Of a stretch of 64,000 nt of DNA, positions 18,036 to 30,100 are shown in pieces. The notes beneath the pieces were generated by a model. The model was not told the origin of the DNA, searched no databases, and saw only the letters and a program-made list of their open reading frames with translations. Location of the stretch: contig CAVKUV010000002.1 in NCBI GenBank assembly GCA_963659505.1, forward strand, positions 25,427 to 89,426, read 5' to 3'. The position numbers were made by a program, and so were the translations under genes. The stretch is from Lachnospiraceae bacterium. Lineage in GTDB: Bacteria > Bacteroidota > Bacteroidia > Bacteroidales > Bacteroidaceae. The first letter of the stretch is position 1. The number at the start of each line of letters is the position of its first letter.

Positions 18036-21000
18036 ATGACTATGAACAAATATCTGATGACGGCCGTGATGGGGCTTACCGTACAGGCCGCCATGGCACA
18101 GGGACAGCGCATATCGGGTACCATTACTGATACCTTTGGCGGTGTGATAGGTGCCAATGTCGTTGAGCTTGATGCCAACAACCGTATCGTCACCGCCGTG
18201 GTGACCGATATGAATGGTAACTTCTCAATGGCCATCAAGAATCCTAAGAATAAGCTGAGAGTATCATACGTGGGCTATAGCACGGTGACAATGCCCATTG
18301 GCAACCGTGTGAAGTTTAATGTGCCCATGTCTTCCAAGACCCAGGTCAAGGAGGTTACCGTGACATCGCGCCGTCGTTCCAATTCCGGTGGTCTTTCCAT
18401 CCCCAAGCGCGAGATGTCGGTAGCTTCGCAGACCATGGATATGTCTACCGTCGAGGGTCTCTCGTTCACCTCTGCCGACGAGGCTTTGCAGGGTGAGATT
18501 GCCGGTCTCGACATTGTGAGCAATTCGGGTAACTTGGGTTCGGGTACCACCATGCGTCTGCGTGGTGTAACCACCATCAATGGCGACGCCAACCCTCTGA
18601 TTGTGGTTGACGACAAGATTTTCGACAACCCCGACGAGGACTTCGACTTCCAGAACGCCAACGAGGAGCAGTATGCTTCGCTGTTGTCGGTCAATGTGGA
18701 GGACATCTCCAAGATTGAGGTGCTCAAGGATGCTGCCGCAACGGCCCTTTGGGGTTCGCGCGGTGCCAACGGTGTTATCCAGATTACCACCAAGCGTGGT
18801 GTGCGTGGCCCAGTGCGCGTAAACTTCTCTTATAAGTTGAAGGGTGCTTGGCAGCCCAAGGGCTACAAGCTTCTCAATGGTGACGAGTACACCATGCTTA
18901 TGAAGGAGGAGTTCTACAACCCCAAGCAGTCGGCCACTGCCACAACCAACATCGCCGAAATCAACTACGACCAGTCGTGGAACGAATATGAGAACTGGAA
19001 CAACAACACCGACTGGGTGGATGCCGTTACGCAGTTTGGTCCGCAGCACAACTACAACCTCAACCTTTCGGGTGGTGGCGAGAAGGCAACGTTCCGTATC
19101 AGTGCCAGCTACGACAACCAGACGGGTTCAATCATCAAGCAGAACCTGCAGCGTTTCACTACTCGCTTGGTGCTCGACTATGTTGTGAGCGACCGTATCA
19201 AGTTCTCTACCAACTTTGCCCTTACATATACCGACAACAAGCAGAACTACTCCAGCTTGTTGAGCATTGCCCAGCAGCTGGCTCCCAATATGTCGATATA
19301 CAGGCAGGATGGCAACGGCAACGACACCAACGACTACTTCATAATGAATCCGCTTGCCACAGGTAAGACTCCCTACGACGGTGCCTACACCTCGCAGGAA
19401 CTCAAGGATGTGCGTTCGCTGGGCAACCCCGTGGCCATAGCCAACCAGGCTTGGAAGCGCGAGCAGACCTATCGTATCACTCCCGACTTCACCTTGAAGT
19501 ATGAGTTGCTTGGCACAGGCGAGCAGCAGCATCGCCTCTCGTTTGAGGGACGTGTTGACTTCGATATCTATGCCAACAGTAAACCCACATGGTATCCTGC
19601 ATCGCTCAGCTCCGACGTGATAACTGGAGGTTCCTACAACGTTGCCACCAACGACGAGAGCAACCGCACGCAGGTTGGCGCACGTGGACGATTGGTCTAC
19701 ACTCCTTACTTTAAGAATGAGGACTGGACGGCATCAATGCTTGCACAGTATGAGATGCACACTTCCAAGAGCAACTCGCAGAGCATCACTACCAGCAACC
19801 TGCCCACAGGCATCAGCTCGACTTTGGTTGACGCTTACCTGAAGTCGATGAGCAGTAGCGCCAGCCGTTCCAACGACCAGAACATGATGTTCCATGCCCA
19901 CATGGCCTACAAGAGCCGCTACATCCTCGACTTCTCGCTGCGTGCCGATGGTAACTCGAAGTTCGGTCCCAAGAACAAGTGGGGTTACTTCCCCGGAGCT
20001 TCTGTTCGTTACAACATCAGCGACGAGCCGTTTATGAAGTGGTCGCAGAAGGTGGTTTCACTCCTCGGTCTGCGTGCATCGTGGGGTATCACTGGTAGAG
20101 CACCCAGCAAGGACAACCTCTTCTATTCCACTTATTCCACAGCCAGTGGCTACTACGGACAGACTGGTGCCTTGCAGCAGATATCCAAGCTCGACGGCAT
20201 TAAGCTCGATGACTTACGCTGGGAGAAGACAGAGGCCATCAACTTGGGCTTCAACCTTGAGTTGTTCAACAGCAAGTTCGAGATTGACTTCGACTATTAC
20301 TACAAGAACACCTCCGACCTGCTTATGCAGAACGTTGGCATCGCCTCTTCGGCTGGTTATAGCACTTTGGCCTATGCCAATGTCGGCCGCATGACCAATC
20401 AGGGATGGGAAGTTAACTTCAACGCCCGCAAGTTCATCAAGAAGGGCAAGTTCTCTGTTGACGCAAGCTTTAATATTGCGCAGAACTACAACGAGATTGC
20501 CGAGATGGACCAGAGCGTGCTCAACTCGATCAACTCTGAGTGGCAGGCCAGCGACCGTGGCACTTACCTCAACCGCATCCAGGTGGGCAACCCGATGGGT
20601 TCTATCTATGGCTACCGCTACAAGGGCGTTTACCAGTACACCTACGAGTATCTGCAGAACCTGCGCAAAGAGGCAGGATGGACTGATGCCGAGTATGAGA
20701 GCGAAATCAACAAGCGCTTGGCTGCCGGCCAGACATTCCCTGTGGCTGTTGACGCCAATGGCAAGGTCGTGATGACTGGTCAGGCAGGTTCTCGCCAACC
20801 GCAGCGCATGGTCTACAACTACCAGGACGGTTCTTCTACCTATCAGTTCCAGGGTGGTGACGCTATATATGAAGATGTCAACAACGACGGCCAGATCAAC
20901 GCCCTCGATGTTGTTTACCTTGGCAACTCCATGCCTAAGCTCAATGGTGGTTTCAACCTCACGTTCCGATATGGCGCATTCAGCGTGAAGACGCGTTTCA

Positions 21001-21422
21001 TGTACCGCTTCGGCAACAAGGTTGTTAACATCGCCCGCATGAACCTTGAGAAGATGTATGGCACGGCCAACCAGAGCACAACCGTTAACTACCGTTGGCG
21101 CAAGGATGGCGACGTGACCCCGATGCCACGCGCCATGTACAATGCAGGCTACAACTGGCAGGGTTCTGACCGCTACGTGGAGGATGGTTCGTTCGTTCGT
21201 TTCCAGAACCTGCAGGTGTCATACGCATTCCCCAAGAAGATGATAAAGAGCATCGGCCTGAACAACTTGCAGCTCTACTTCTCAATGGACAACCTCTATT
21301 GCTGGACAAAGTATAGTGGTGTAGACCCTGAGGTCACCATTGGTAGCTGGGGTGTGGCGCAGGACAAGTCGCAGACTCCGCGTTCCAAGTCGTTCACATT
21401 CAACATCAACGTAGGATTCTAA
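18036..21422 (+). CDS. SusC/RagA TonB-dependent transporter
   Basis: VLKDAAATALWGSRGANGVIQITTKRG plug motif, WEKT, SDRYVEDGSFVR, C-terminal F. Confidence 0.97.
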   Translation: MTMNKYLMTAVMGLTVQAAMAQGQRISGTITDTFGGVIGANVVELDANNRIVTAVVTDMNGNFSMAIKNPKNKLRVSYVGYSTVTMPIGNRVKFNVPMSSKTQVKEVTVTSRRRSNSGGLSIPKREMSVASQTMDMSTVEGLSFTSADEALQGEIAGLDIVSNSGNLGSGTTMRLRGVTTINGDANPLIVVDDKIFDNPDEDFDFQNANEEQYASLLSVNVEDISKIEVLKDAAATALWGSRGANGVIQITTKRGVRGPVRVNFSYKLKGAWQPKGYKLLNGDEYTMLMKEEFYNPKQSATATTNIAEINYDQSWNEYENWNNNTDWVDAVTQFGPQHNYNLNLSGGGEKATFRISASYDNQTGSIIKQNLQRFTTRLVLDYVVSDRIKFSTNFALTYTDNKQNYSSLLSIAQQLAPNMSIYRQDGNGNDTNDYFIMNPLATGKTPYDGAYTSQELKDVRSLGNPVAIANQAWKREQTYRITPDFTLKYELLGTGEQQHRLSFEGRVDFDIYANSKPTWYPASLSSDVITGGSYNVATNDESNRTQVGARGRLVYTPYFKNEDWTASMLAQYEMHTSKSNSQSITTSNLPTGISSTLVDAYLKSMSSSASRSNDQNMMFHAHMAYKSRYILDFSLRADGNSKFGPKNKWGYFPGASVRYNISDEPFMKWSQKVVSLLGLRASWGITGRAPSKDNLFYSTYSTASGYYGQTGALQQISKLDGIKLDDLRWEKTEAINLGFNLELFNSKFEIDFDYYYKNTSDLLMQNVGIASSAGYSTLAYANVGRMTNQGWEVNFNARKFIKKGKFSVDASFNIAQNYNEIAEMDQSVLNSINSEWQASDRGTYLNRIQVGNPMGSIYGYRYKGVYQYTYEYLQNLRKEAGWTDAEYESEINKRLAAGQTFPVAVDANGKVVMTGQAGSRQPQRMVYNYQDGSSTYQFQGGDAIYEDVNNDGQINALDVVYLGNSMPKLNGGFNLTFRYGAFSVKTRFMYRFGNKVVNIARMNLEKMYGTANQSTTVNYRWRKDGDVTPMPRAMYNAGYNWQGSDRYVEDGSFVRFQNLQVSYAFPKKMIKSIGLNNLQLYFSMDNLYCWTKYSGVDPEVTIGSWGVAQDKSQTPRSKSFTFNINVGF

Positions 21423-21437
21423 AAACAGATACTGACA

Positions 21438-23204
21438 ATGAAAAAATATATAGGATTATTCTTTGCCGCCGCGATGATGAGTTCGTGTGTAGACACCATC
21501 ATCGTGCCTTACGACAAGACGGTGGAGGAAGACTACTGGCAGTCGAAGTCTGACGTGTCGCAGATGGTCAATGGCACATACAACGCCATGCTGGCGTCCG
21601 GCTTCGTTCAGAGGCTTGTGGTGTGGGGCGATTTCCGTTCCGACGAGCTTACCTCTGCGTCTTCGCTCAACATCACCAACACCACTACCACTGGCCTTTC
21701 GCAGCTTGAGAGCGGCAACATAGAGACAACCAATACATTCGCTGATTGGTCGTCGTTCTACTATGTAATCAACAATTGCAACGTGGTGCTTGAGAAGGCT
21801 GGTGCAGTGGTTGACATCGACCCCAACTATACCGAGGGCGACTATCTTGCCGACTGCTCTCAGATGAAGGCTCTGCGTGCACTGTGCTACTTCTATTTGG
21901 TGCGCACTTTCCGTGATGTGCCTTATTCCACGGTGGCATTCATGAACAGCAGCCAAGACATGAACCTTGGACAGACGGCTCCTGCCACGGTGATCGACAA
22001 CTGCATTAAGGATGTCGAGGAGGCTCTCCCCAACGCCCTTTCTGCTCAGGCTTACACAGACTGGCGTAACTATGGCTACATCAACCGTGACGGTATGCGT
22101 GCCCTCTTGGCCGACCTCTACTTGTGGAGGGCATCGGTCAACCACAGTGCTGCCGACTACCAGAAGAGCATTGAATATTGTGATATGGTAATCGACTCGA
22201 AGAAGAGCATGAATTCGAATACAGAAAGCTCAAGTGATGGTCTCGCAGGCTATCCTTTGACGAAGGGTTCTGATGCGTTCAGTGATATTTTTGTAAGCCA
22301 GAATTCTGATGAGAGCATCTTCGAGTTGCAGTATGACGGAACGCAGAACTCCAATGAGGGCATCTGCCAGTTGTACAATAAGTATAAGAATAGCACCGGT
22401 GTGGCTGGATACATGGAAGCAACAAGCCTCTTTGCGAGTGCCTCTGCAAGCAATGTCTACACAAAGACATCTGACTATCGCTTGAACGCTAACCGCTTCA
22501 CTCAGGCCGCAGGTTCAACATCTGAGACTTACCCTGTGCGCAAGATGGTTTCCGACAATGCCGCTTCCAAGTCTGACGCCACGTCGAGCGAGAAGAAGAC
22601 CGACCGCGCTTACACCAACTATGCGCAGAACTTCATCATCTATCGTCTCACCGATGTGATGCTTATGAAGGCCGAGGCTCTTGCCCAGTTGGCTCCCGAC
22701 GATACCGATGAGAATGCCAGCGACGAGGAGAAGGCCACAGTGAAAGCAAACCAGGAGAAATATCTGCACGATGCCTTCCGCTTGGTTCAGGTGGTCAACA
22801 ACCGTTCCATCGCCACTTCTTCGCTAAGCAGCGATTCGCTCACGTGGAGCAGGCAAACCCAGACCAAGGCTGGTATCGAGGAGCTTGTGCTTGAGGAGCG
22901 CCAGAGGGAACTTGCCTTTGAGGGCAAGCGCTGGTTCGACTTGCTTCGCTACAACTACCGCCACGTTAGCGGAATCGACTATACCAAGACGCTTGGCGAT
23001 ATGAGTGATGAGGGAGTTGCCTTTGTAGACAACTACAAGAATATGCTCGACTTGCTGCGCAACGTGTCTGCCAAGGCCGTGATGGTGAGCAAGACAAAGA
23101 CGGAGCCATACCTCTACTTGCCTGTGCTTGAGGGTCAGATCAAGGTGAATGCCAATCTCAAGCAGAATCCTGCTTATAAGAGCAAGACTTTGGTGAAAAA
23201 CTAA
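21438..23204 (+). CDS. SusD/RagB lipoprotein
   Basis: Lipobox MSSC; YYVINNCN, LRALCYFYLVRTF, ERQRELAFEGKRWFDL, QNPAY. Confidence 0.95.
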   Translation: MKKYIGLFFAAAMMSSCVDTIIVPYDKTVEEDYWQSKSDVSQMVNGTYNAMLASGFVQRLVVWGDFRSDELTSASSLNITNTTTTGLSQLESGNIETTNTFADWSSFYYVINNCNVVLEKAGAVVDIDPNYTEGDYLADCSQMKALRALCYFYLVRTFRDVPYSTVAFMNSSQDMNLGQTAPATVIDNCIKDVEEALPNALSAQAYTDWRNYGYINRDGMRALLADLYLWRASVNHSAADYQKSIEYCDMVIDSKKSMNSNTESSSDGLAGYPLTKGSDAFSDIFVSQNSDESIFELQYDGTQNSNEGICQLYNKYKNSTGVAGYMEATSLFASASASNVYTKTSDYRLNANRFTQAAGSTSETYPVRKMVSDNAASKSDATSSEKKTDRAYTNYAQNFIIYRLTDVMLMKAEALAQLAPDDTDENASDEEKATVKANQEKYLHDAFRLVQVVNNRSIATSSLSSDSLTWSRQTQTKAGIEELVLEERQRELAFEGKRWFDLLRYNYRHVSGIDYTKTLGDMSDEGVAFVDNYKNMLDLLRNVSAKAVMVSKTKTEPYLYLPVLEGQIKVNANLKQNPAYKSKTLVKN

Positions 23205-23228
23205 CTATCTATCAAGGAGAAATATAAG

Positions 23229-25337
23229 ATGAAGAACATACGTAACAACAAACAACTTCGCACCCTGTCGCTGGGCTTGATGGGAGTGGGTTTGCTCACG
23301 GTGTCGTGCATCAAGGACATCGACGAGTCTAACCTCTATACTTCTACCGACGATACGGTGGAAACCTTCCTCCAGAAGGACAGCACGCTCTCTGCGTTCA
23401 ACTATATACTGACGCGCTCTGGCTACTCGCAGAAGATGGAGACCTATGGGCAGTACACATGCTTTGCTCCCGACAACAAGGCTGTGGCGAAGTATATCGA
23501 CAGTCTTTACAACGACACCGAGGCTCTGATACCTCACAACGGCATGAGCGAAAACTCGCTTGAGGGTCTTTCAGACAGCTTGTGTACCGACATCTCTGAG
23601 TTCCACCTCATATCTGGTCTCTACGATGCCACTGTGCTCGGTAGCAGTACCACTGGCTTGAGCATCAACACATTCTTGGGGCGTGCTTTTACTGCCAAGA
23701 CCGATGTCAATACGGGTAACATCGTCATCAACAATGTTGTGACTGTCACCAGTGCTGGCAATGAGGTGAGCAACGGATATGTGCATATTATTGATGGAGT
23801 AATACCACGCTCATCTCGACTTATTGGCGAGACACTGCAGCGCATGGAGGATTACTCAATTTTCAGCGAGGCTTTGCAGCGTACAGGCTTGGCCGACTCG
23901 CTGACAAAGACTGACCGTGGCGTAACCTATTACATGGAAGACGGTCAGCACCTCGACACCGATAACAACAAGTCGTCTTTGTGGTATCCCAAGACATGCC
24001 AGTATGGCTTCACTGTCTTTGCCGAGCCTGATGCGGTGTTTAAGTCAAAAGGTATTAATTCATTCGATGATTTGGTGCAATATGCCAACTCACAGTATGG
24101 AGGTGCCTCTGCTTGGTATGACTATCTTAACGAGAAGGGCATCAGCGTTAGCACTGGCGACGACTATACCAATCGTTACAACGCCCTTAATATGTTCGTT
24201 GCATACCATATACTCGGCATGAAGATGGCTTCCGACCAGCTCGTGTTTGAGGACAATGGTAAGAAGGGCGACAACAACTCGTGGAACTATTACAACTATT
24301 GTAATGAGGGTGAGCCTTACGACTACTATGAGACCATGCTGCCCCACACCATGCTGAAGATATGGCGTCCTGGCAAGAGCAGCAAGACTCTCTATATCAA
24401 CCGTTGGGTGCAGAACAATACACTGACCGACGAGGTTGGAACAAGAGGTTCTGATGCCATGCATCCCGTGCTCAGCAATGGTGTGGTGATAGAGCGCACC
24501 GACATTCAGGCTCTCAATGGCTATGTACACCCCATCAAGGATATTTTGGTGTACAATGAGAATGTGCCGAATGGTGTGCTTCACGAGCGTCTGCGCATCG
24601 ATGCCACTACATTCATCCCCGAGTTCGTCAACAATGGCATTCGCTACAAGGTCACCAAGGAAGTGTCTGACGACAATGGAGGCGGTAGCGGTAGCCGTGT
24701 GGCCTTCCCTCTCGACTACTTCGAGAATGTGAAGAGCTACACCAGCAAGAACTTCTTCCGCTACAACGTTCACGGTGCTTACCGTTTGTGGCAGTCCGAC
24801 TCTTTCCAGGGATGGGGACAGTATGACTTGGCCATCAAGTTGCCTCATGTGCCTACAAGTGGAGTTTATGAGTTGCGCTTCTATTATGCTTGCGCAAGCC
24901 ACATGGGATTTGTTCAGTTCTTCATCGGCGAGTCGTCAAACATCCAGGACATGCGCGCCCTCGACATTCCTCTCGACATGCGCATCGACTTCACCGACCC
25001 GCGTATCGGTTGGACTCGTTTCTATGAGGAAGACGACCAAGGTGTGGCCACCGACAAGGCCATGCGTACCCGTGGCTATATGCGCGGCCCGGCCAGCTTC
25101 TATGGCCACCCAGAGTCTAACACCCCCAACATGGAGGATATGAACACTCGTGGTGAGGATGCCGTGCAGGATTTGCGCAAGATTTTGGGACGTGTGGAGA
25201 TGAAGCAGGGTCAGGACTACTGGCTTCGTTTCAAGAACGCCACCACCAGTGATGAATTGAAGTGGCAGTTCGACTTTATCGAGATGGTACCTGTTGATGT
25301 CGTTGACAATGACAAGTACTCGGAGGACTGGTTCTAA
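23229..25337 (+). CDS. Fasciclin domain lipoprotein
   Basis: Lipobox TVSC; YTCFAPDNKA, NGYVHII, FTVFAEPD, NGYVHPI. Confidence 0.85.
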   Translation: MKNIRNNKQLRTLSLGLMGVGLLTVSCIKDIDESNLYTSTDDTVETFLQKDSTLSAFNYILTRSGYSQKMETYGQYTCFAPDNKAVAKYIDSLYNDTEALIPHNGMSENSLEGLSDSLCTDISEFHLISGLYDATVLGSSTTGLSINTFLGRAFTAKTDVNTGNIVINNVVTVTSAGNEVSNGYVHIIDGVIPRSSRLIGETLQRMEDYSIFSEALQRTGLADSLTKTDRGVTYYMEDGQHLDTDNNKSSLWYPKTCQYGFTVFAEPDAVFKSKGINSFDDLVQYANSQYGGASAWYDYLNEKGISVSTGDDYTNRYNALNMFVAYHILGMKMASDQLVFEDNGKKGDNNSWNYYNYCNEGEPYDYYETMLPHTMLKIWRPGKSSKTLYINRWVQNNTLTDEVGTRGSDAMHPVLSNGVVIERTDIQALNGYVHPIKDILVYNENVPNGVLHERLRIDATTFIPEFVNNGIRYKVTKEVSDDNGGGSGSRVAFPLDYFENVKSYTSKNFFRYNVHGAYRLWQSDSFQGWGQYDLAIKLPHVPTSGVYELRFYYACASHMGFVQFFIGESSNIQDMRALDIPLDMRIDFTDPRIGWTRFYEEDDQGVATDKAMRTRGYMRGPASFYGHPESNTPNMEDMNTRGEDAVQDLRKILGRVEMKQGQDYWLRFKNATTSDELKWQFDFIEMVPVDVVDNDKYSEDWF

Positions 25338-25357
25338 CCAAGTAAAAGCCTGAAAAA

Positions 25358-27106
25358 ATGAAAAAGAAAACATATTACGGAATCATGATGGTAGCGGCAG
25401 CAATGCTGTCGGCTACCTCATGCACCGATTTCGCCGACTACAACGAGGCATACAACGACAGCAACGCCTCTGCCGACAAGACCCTTTGGGAGAACATCAG
25501 CGGCGACAGCGACTTGAGTCAGTTCGCCTCGCTGCTCACCAAGGCCGGCTACGACAAGGTGCTCAACAGTGCCAACAGCTACACAGTGTGGGCACCGGTA
25601 AACGGAACGTTCGACCTGTCGCAATACGAGAGTATGGACTCTGCACAGCTGGTGCAGCAGTTCGTCAAGAACCACATCGCCAGCTACAACTGTGTGGTGA
25701 GCGGTGTGTGGGACTCTCCCAAGCGCATCCACACGCTCAACAACAAGTCGTATGACTTCGTCAACAATGGCACTTGCACCTTCGACGGCATCAGCATTAC
25801 TGCAACCAACATTGCTGGAAACAATGGCGTGATGCACAAGATAGGCGGTGTTGCCAAGTATTACCCCAACATTATCGACTTCTTCAGCGACTCAGTAAAG
25901 GTTAAGAGCTTGGGCATCGACTCTGTTGCCGCATACTTCAACAAGTACAACGAAACGTATCTTGACGAGGCCAGTAGTGTTGTTGGTCCTATCGTTGACG
26001 GAAAGCAGACATACATCGACTCTGTGATGGTAACCTACAACACCTTGGCCAACCGTCTTAGGGCAAGACTCAGCGAGGAGGACAGTTCTTACACAGTGCT
26101 TCTGCCCACCAACGACGTGTGGAAGGCAGAATTGGCAGAGGCCAACAAAGCCTATGCGCTGAAGCAGAACATCCCTTACCGTGCCTTGGTCAACAGCAAT
26201 GTTACAGACCAGCTCTACACTGTGTCGAAGCTCAACTACCTCAAGGACTCTTTGGCCCACGAAAAGTTGGTGCAGATGCTCGTGTTCAGCAATAACGACA
26301 CCTATAATGTTGGTCTCCAGACAAACCGCTTCTCTGAGACCGACTCTTTGCGCACTCCCACAAGGAACAAGTTCTCAAGTCCTGCCGATCTTCTGCCTCA
26401 TGTCAGCAGCAAGGAGACTATGAGCAACGGCATGGCTTTCATTATGGACTCTCTGGCCTTCCCCGTTTGGGACAAATACTGCACTGAGAAGTCGTTCACG
26501 CCCACAAGCAGCAATGTGATAAACGTGAAGCTTGGTAGCGGTTCGAGAAGGTCGGTGACGTTTACCGATAGGTTGGGCAATAGCGAGACAATGTCTTGGT
26601 ACAATGTGCTGCCCAGTGGAACGTCGTCGCCCGAAATGGAGGTGATGTTGGCCAACGTGACGTCAGGCTCTTACAATGTGTATGTTGTGCTTGCACCCCC
26701 TTACTCATATTCCACCGCTGACATCGACACCCTGCCCAACAAGTACAAGATTTCAATGTACTATTCTCAGACAGGCGACAATGTGAAGACCACCACGACA
26801 TGGCGCTTCAGCTCCGACGGCGTGGTCAACCCCGAGACAGAGAAGAAGCAGGCCGACTTTATCATCGACAACTCTTATTCGCGCCGTTTTGACGAGAATG
26901 GCAAGGCTCTCGCCGACACAGTCAAGGTGGGCAGCATAACCTTGCCCGTGTCGTATGCCAGCACAGGTGTCGGCCCGTCGCTCAACATCAAGGTTCCTAG
27001 CATGCTCAAAAGCGAGCGTAGCAAGTACAGCCGCGAGATACGCTTGATGAACGTGCTGCTGCGCCCCGTGTCAAAAGGTGATTATAATGCAACTAAAGAA
27101 GACTGA
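25358..27106 (+). CDS. Fasciclin domain lipoprotein
   Basis: Lipobox ATSC; YTVWAPVN, NGVMHKI, YTVLLPTN. Confidence 0.85.
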   Translation: MKKKTYYGIMMVAAAMLSATSCTDFADYNEAYNDSNASADKTLWENISGDSDLSQFASLLTKAGYDKVLNSANSYTVWAPVNGTFDLSQYESMDSAQLVQQFVKNHIASYNCVVSGVWDSPKRIHTLNNKSYDFVNNGTCTFDGISITATNIAGNNGVMHKIGGVAKYYPNIIDFFSDSVKVKSLGIDSVAAYFNKYNETYLDEASSVVGPIVDGKQTYIDSVMVTYNTLANRLRARLSEEDSSYTVLLPTNDVWKAELAEANKAYALKQNIPYRALVNSNVTDQLYTVSKLNYLKDSLAHEKLVQMLVFSNNDTYNVGLQTNRFSETDSLRTPTRNKFSSPADLLPHVSSKETMSNGMAFIMDSLAFPVWDKYCTEKSFTPTSSNVINVKLGSGSRRSVTFTDRLGNSETMSWYNVLPSGTSSPEMEVMLANVTSGSYNVYVVLAPPYSYSTADIDTLPNKYKISMYYSQTGDNVKTTTTWRFSSDGVVNPETEKKQADFIIDNSYSRRFDENGKALADTVKVGSITLPVSYASTGVGPSLNIKVPSMLKSERSKYSREIRLMNVLLRPVSKGDYNATKED

Positions 27107-27111
27107 ACGAT

Positions 27112-30100
27112 ATGAAAAACATAAATGACATAATGCAGAAGTATGGTCTTAGACTTACTGCCTGCGCCTTTGCCTTGGGTGTCAATGCCTACACCTTCGC
27201 ACAGAGTGTGGACGGCGACGACGAAGCCAAAGAGGTGAAGAAGCCCAAGAAGACTGCCGTACAGAAAGCATATCCTACCGTGACCCTCCGTGGTGTGGTT
27301 TACGACAAGGCCACCAACAAGCCCCTCAGTGGCGTGCAGTTGCAGGCTTTGGGCAACAAACGCTACACAGCCATGACCGAAGAGGACGGCTCTTTTGAGA
27401 TTAAGGTGCCTAAGTTCGTCACTTCACTCTATGCCCACACCCCCGACTATATGTCGCAGCAGGTGGGCGTGAAGGCCGGCGACGAGGGTCAGAACGTGCA
27501 GATATACATGCTCAGCGACAAGTTCGCCCCGATGTATTCCGACGAAACAACCATCACAGCCCGCAACACGGCTGCCGTTACCCGTGGCGGTGCTTCGGTT
27601 GACGAGGTTATCGGCAACAAGCTTGGCGGCGACGTTCGCTCACTGTCGCGCTCGGCCGCTCCCGGCATTGGTGCCTCGATGTTCATTCGCGGTCTCAACT
27701 CGCTCAACGCCAACTCGCAGCCACTCGTAGTCATCGATGGGGTGGAGCAGGACATGCAGTACAACCGCACATCGCTCCACGACGGACAGTTCAACAACAT
27801 CCTCGCCAACATCTCGCCCGACGACATCGAGAACGTCACGGTGCTGAAGAACGCCACCGCCCTCTACGGTTCGCGTGGCGCCAATGGCGTGGTGCTCATC
27901 GAGACCAAGCGCGGCCACTCCATGGCCACACGCATCGACGCCAACATTTCGGCTGGCGTGTCGTTGATACCCAAGCTCCCCACCATGATGAACGCCTCGC
28001 AGTATCGCTCTTATGCAGCCGAGATGCTTGGCACCATATCCGACAACACCGAGCTTACGGGCAACAACAAGATTGACTACAACTTCTTGAACGACGACCC
28101 CAACGGCTACTACTACCACACCTACCACAACGACACCGACTGGAGCAAGGAGGCTTACCGCACAGCCATAACCCAGAACTACAGCATCAACGTGCAGGGT
28201 GGTGACGATGTAGGTATGTACAACCTCTCTGTGGGCTACATGCAGGCAGAGAGCACGGCCAAGGGCAACGACTTCGACCGTTTGAACATACGCTTCAACA
28301 CCGACATCAACATCGTGAAGTGGCTCGACACCAAGTTCGACATCTCGTTTGCACGCACCAACAACAACGTGTTTGACGATGGTGTTCCATCCGACCTTAC
28401 AGCCGGAGCTATCACTTCGCCCACGTTCTTGTCGCTCATCAAGGCCCCCATCGTGGCTCCCTACCAGTACAACAAGATCACTGGCGGATTTACCTCGCTG
28501 CTCTATGGAGCCGACGACATCTACAGCCAGCTTGGCTCGGAGTATTCATTGGCCAACCCGGCAGCCATCCTGTCATACGGATCGGGCGACAACAAGAACC
28601 GTGCTGAGAACACTTACTTCAACATCCGCCTTGTGCCGACGTTCAATCTTGGCCGTGGCTTCCGCCTCACCGAGGATGTTAGCTACACCCTGAACCGTAA
28701 TGCCCAGCGCTACCACCGTCCCTACAATGGCGTGCCTTCGTTCCAGGTGGCAGGCATCGGTACCGTTACCAGCAAGGCCGCTTCGCTCTTCAGCAAGGAG
28801 AGCAACTTCGTGAGCGACACTCGCCTCGACTGGAGCAACAACTTTGGCGCACACACCGTGGCAGCCTATGTGGGCTTCCGCTACAACTACTTCGACTTCG
28901 ACGGCAGCGACCTCTCCACCGAGTACAACGGCGAGACCTCCGACAAGAACCCCGTGCTCAGCACCGAGCCTTATCCTAACATCGGCGGTGCAGGCGACGT
29001 GTGGAAGTATATGTTGTGGTATGCCAATGCCGACTACAACTACATGAACCGCTACTTCGTTACGCTCTCGCTCTCAGCCGAGGCCAACAGCCGTTTCGGC
29101 AACAAGGCCAACGGCCTGAAGGTTGGCGGCGTGCAGTGGGCTTTGTTCCCCAGCGTTCAGTTGGGATGGGTGCTCACCAACGAGAGCTGGTTCCCCAAGA
29201 ATGTCGGCATCGACTACTTGCGCGTGAATGCCGGATTTGACATGAGCGGCAACGACGACATCAGCAACTATGCCGCACGTACCACTTACACCACCGTGCG
29301 CTACAACCAGAAGTACACCGGATTGCAGCTCACCAACATCGGTAACGACGAGATACAGTGGGAGACAACCTACAAGTGGAACGTTGGTTTGCAGGCCAAC
29401 CTGCTCGACAACCGCGTGAGCGTTGGCTTCGACTACTTCTTCCACAAGACCGACAACCTGCTTACCCTCGTAAACTTCAAGAACCCCGTGGGCGGTATCA
29501 ACAACTACTGGACCAACGGCGGATCGTTGCAGAACAACGGTTTCGAGGTACAGTTCGCGTTCAAGCCTGTTGTTACCAAAGACTGGACAGCCGAGGTTGG
29601 CGCAACCGTAGGCCACTATAAGAACAAGGTGACCAAGCTGCCCGACGGCCAGGACATCGTAAGCTCTGTTTACGGCACCGACAACATCCTCACCCGTGAG
29701 GGCAATGCCGTTGGCGTGTTCTATGGCTACAAGACCGAGGGCGTGTTCTCTACCGACGCCGACGCCAAGGCTGCCGGCAAGGACGGCTACCTCTACATGA
29801 CCGACAACACAGGTGCCAAGCAGTACTTTAAGGCTGGCGACGTTCACTTCACCGACATCAACGGCGACGGCGTTATCGACGAGAACGACAAGGTGATCAT
29901 CGGCGACCCCAACCCCGACATCTATGGAAACATATTTGCCAACGTAAGCTGGAAGAGGCTCACCCTCAACATCGGCTTCAACTATAGCTTGGGCAACGAC
30001 ATCTACAACTACCAGCGTTCGGTGCTCAACTCAGGTTCCACCCTCTACAACCAGCAGGTGGCCGAGACGGGCCGTTGGCGCTATGAGGGTCAGCAGGCCA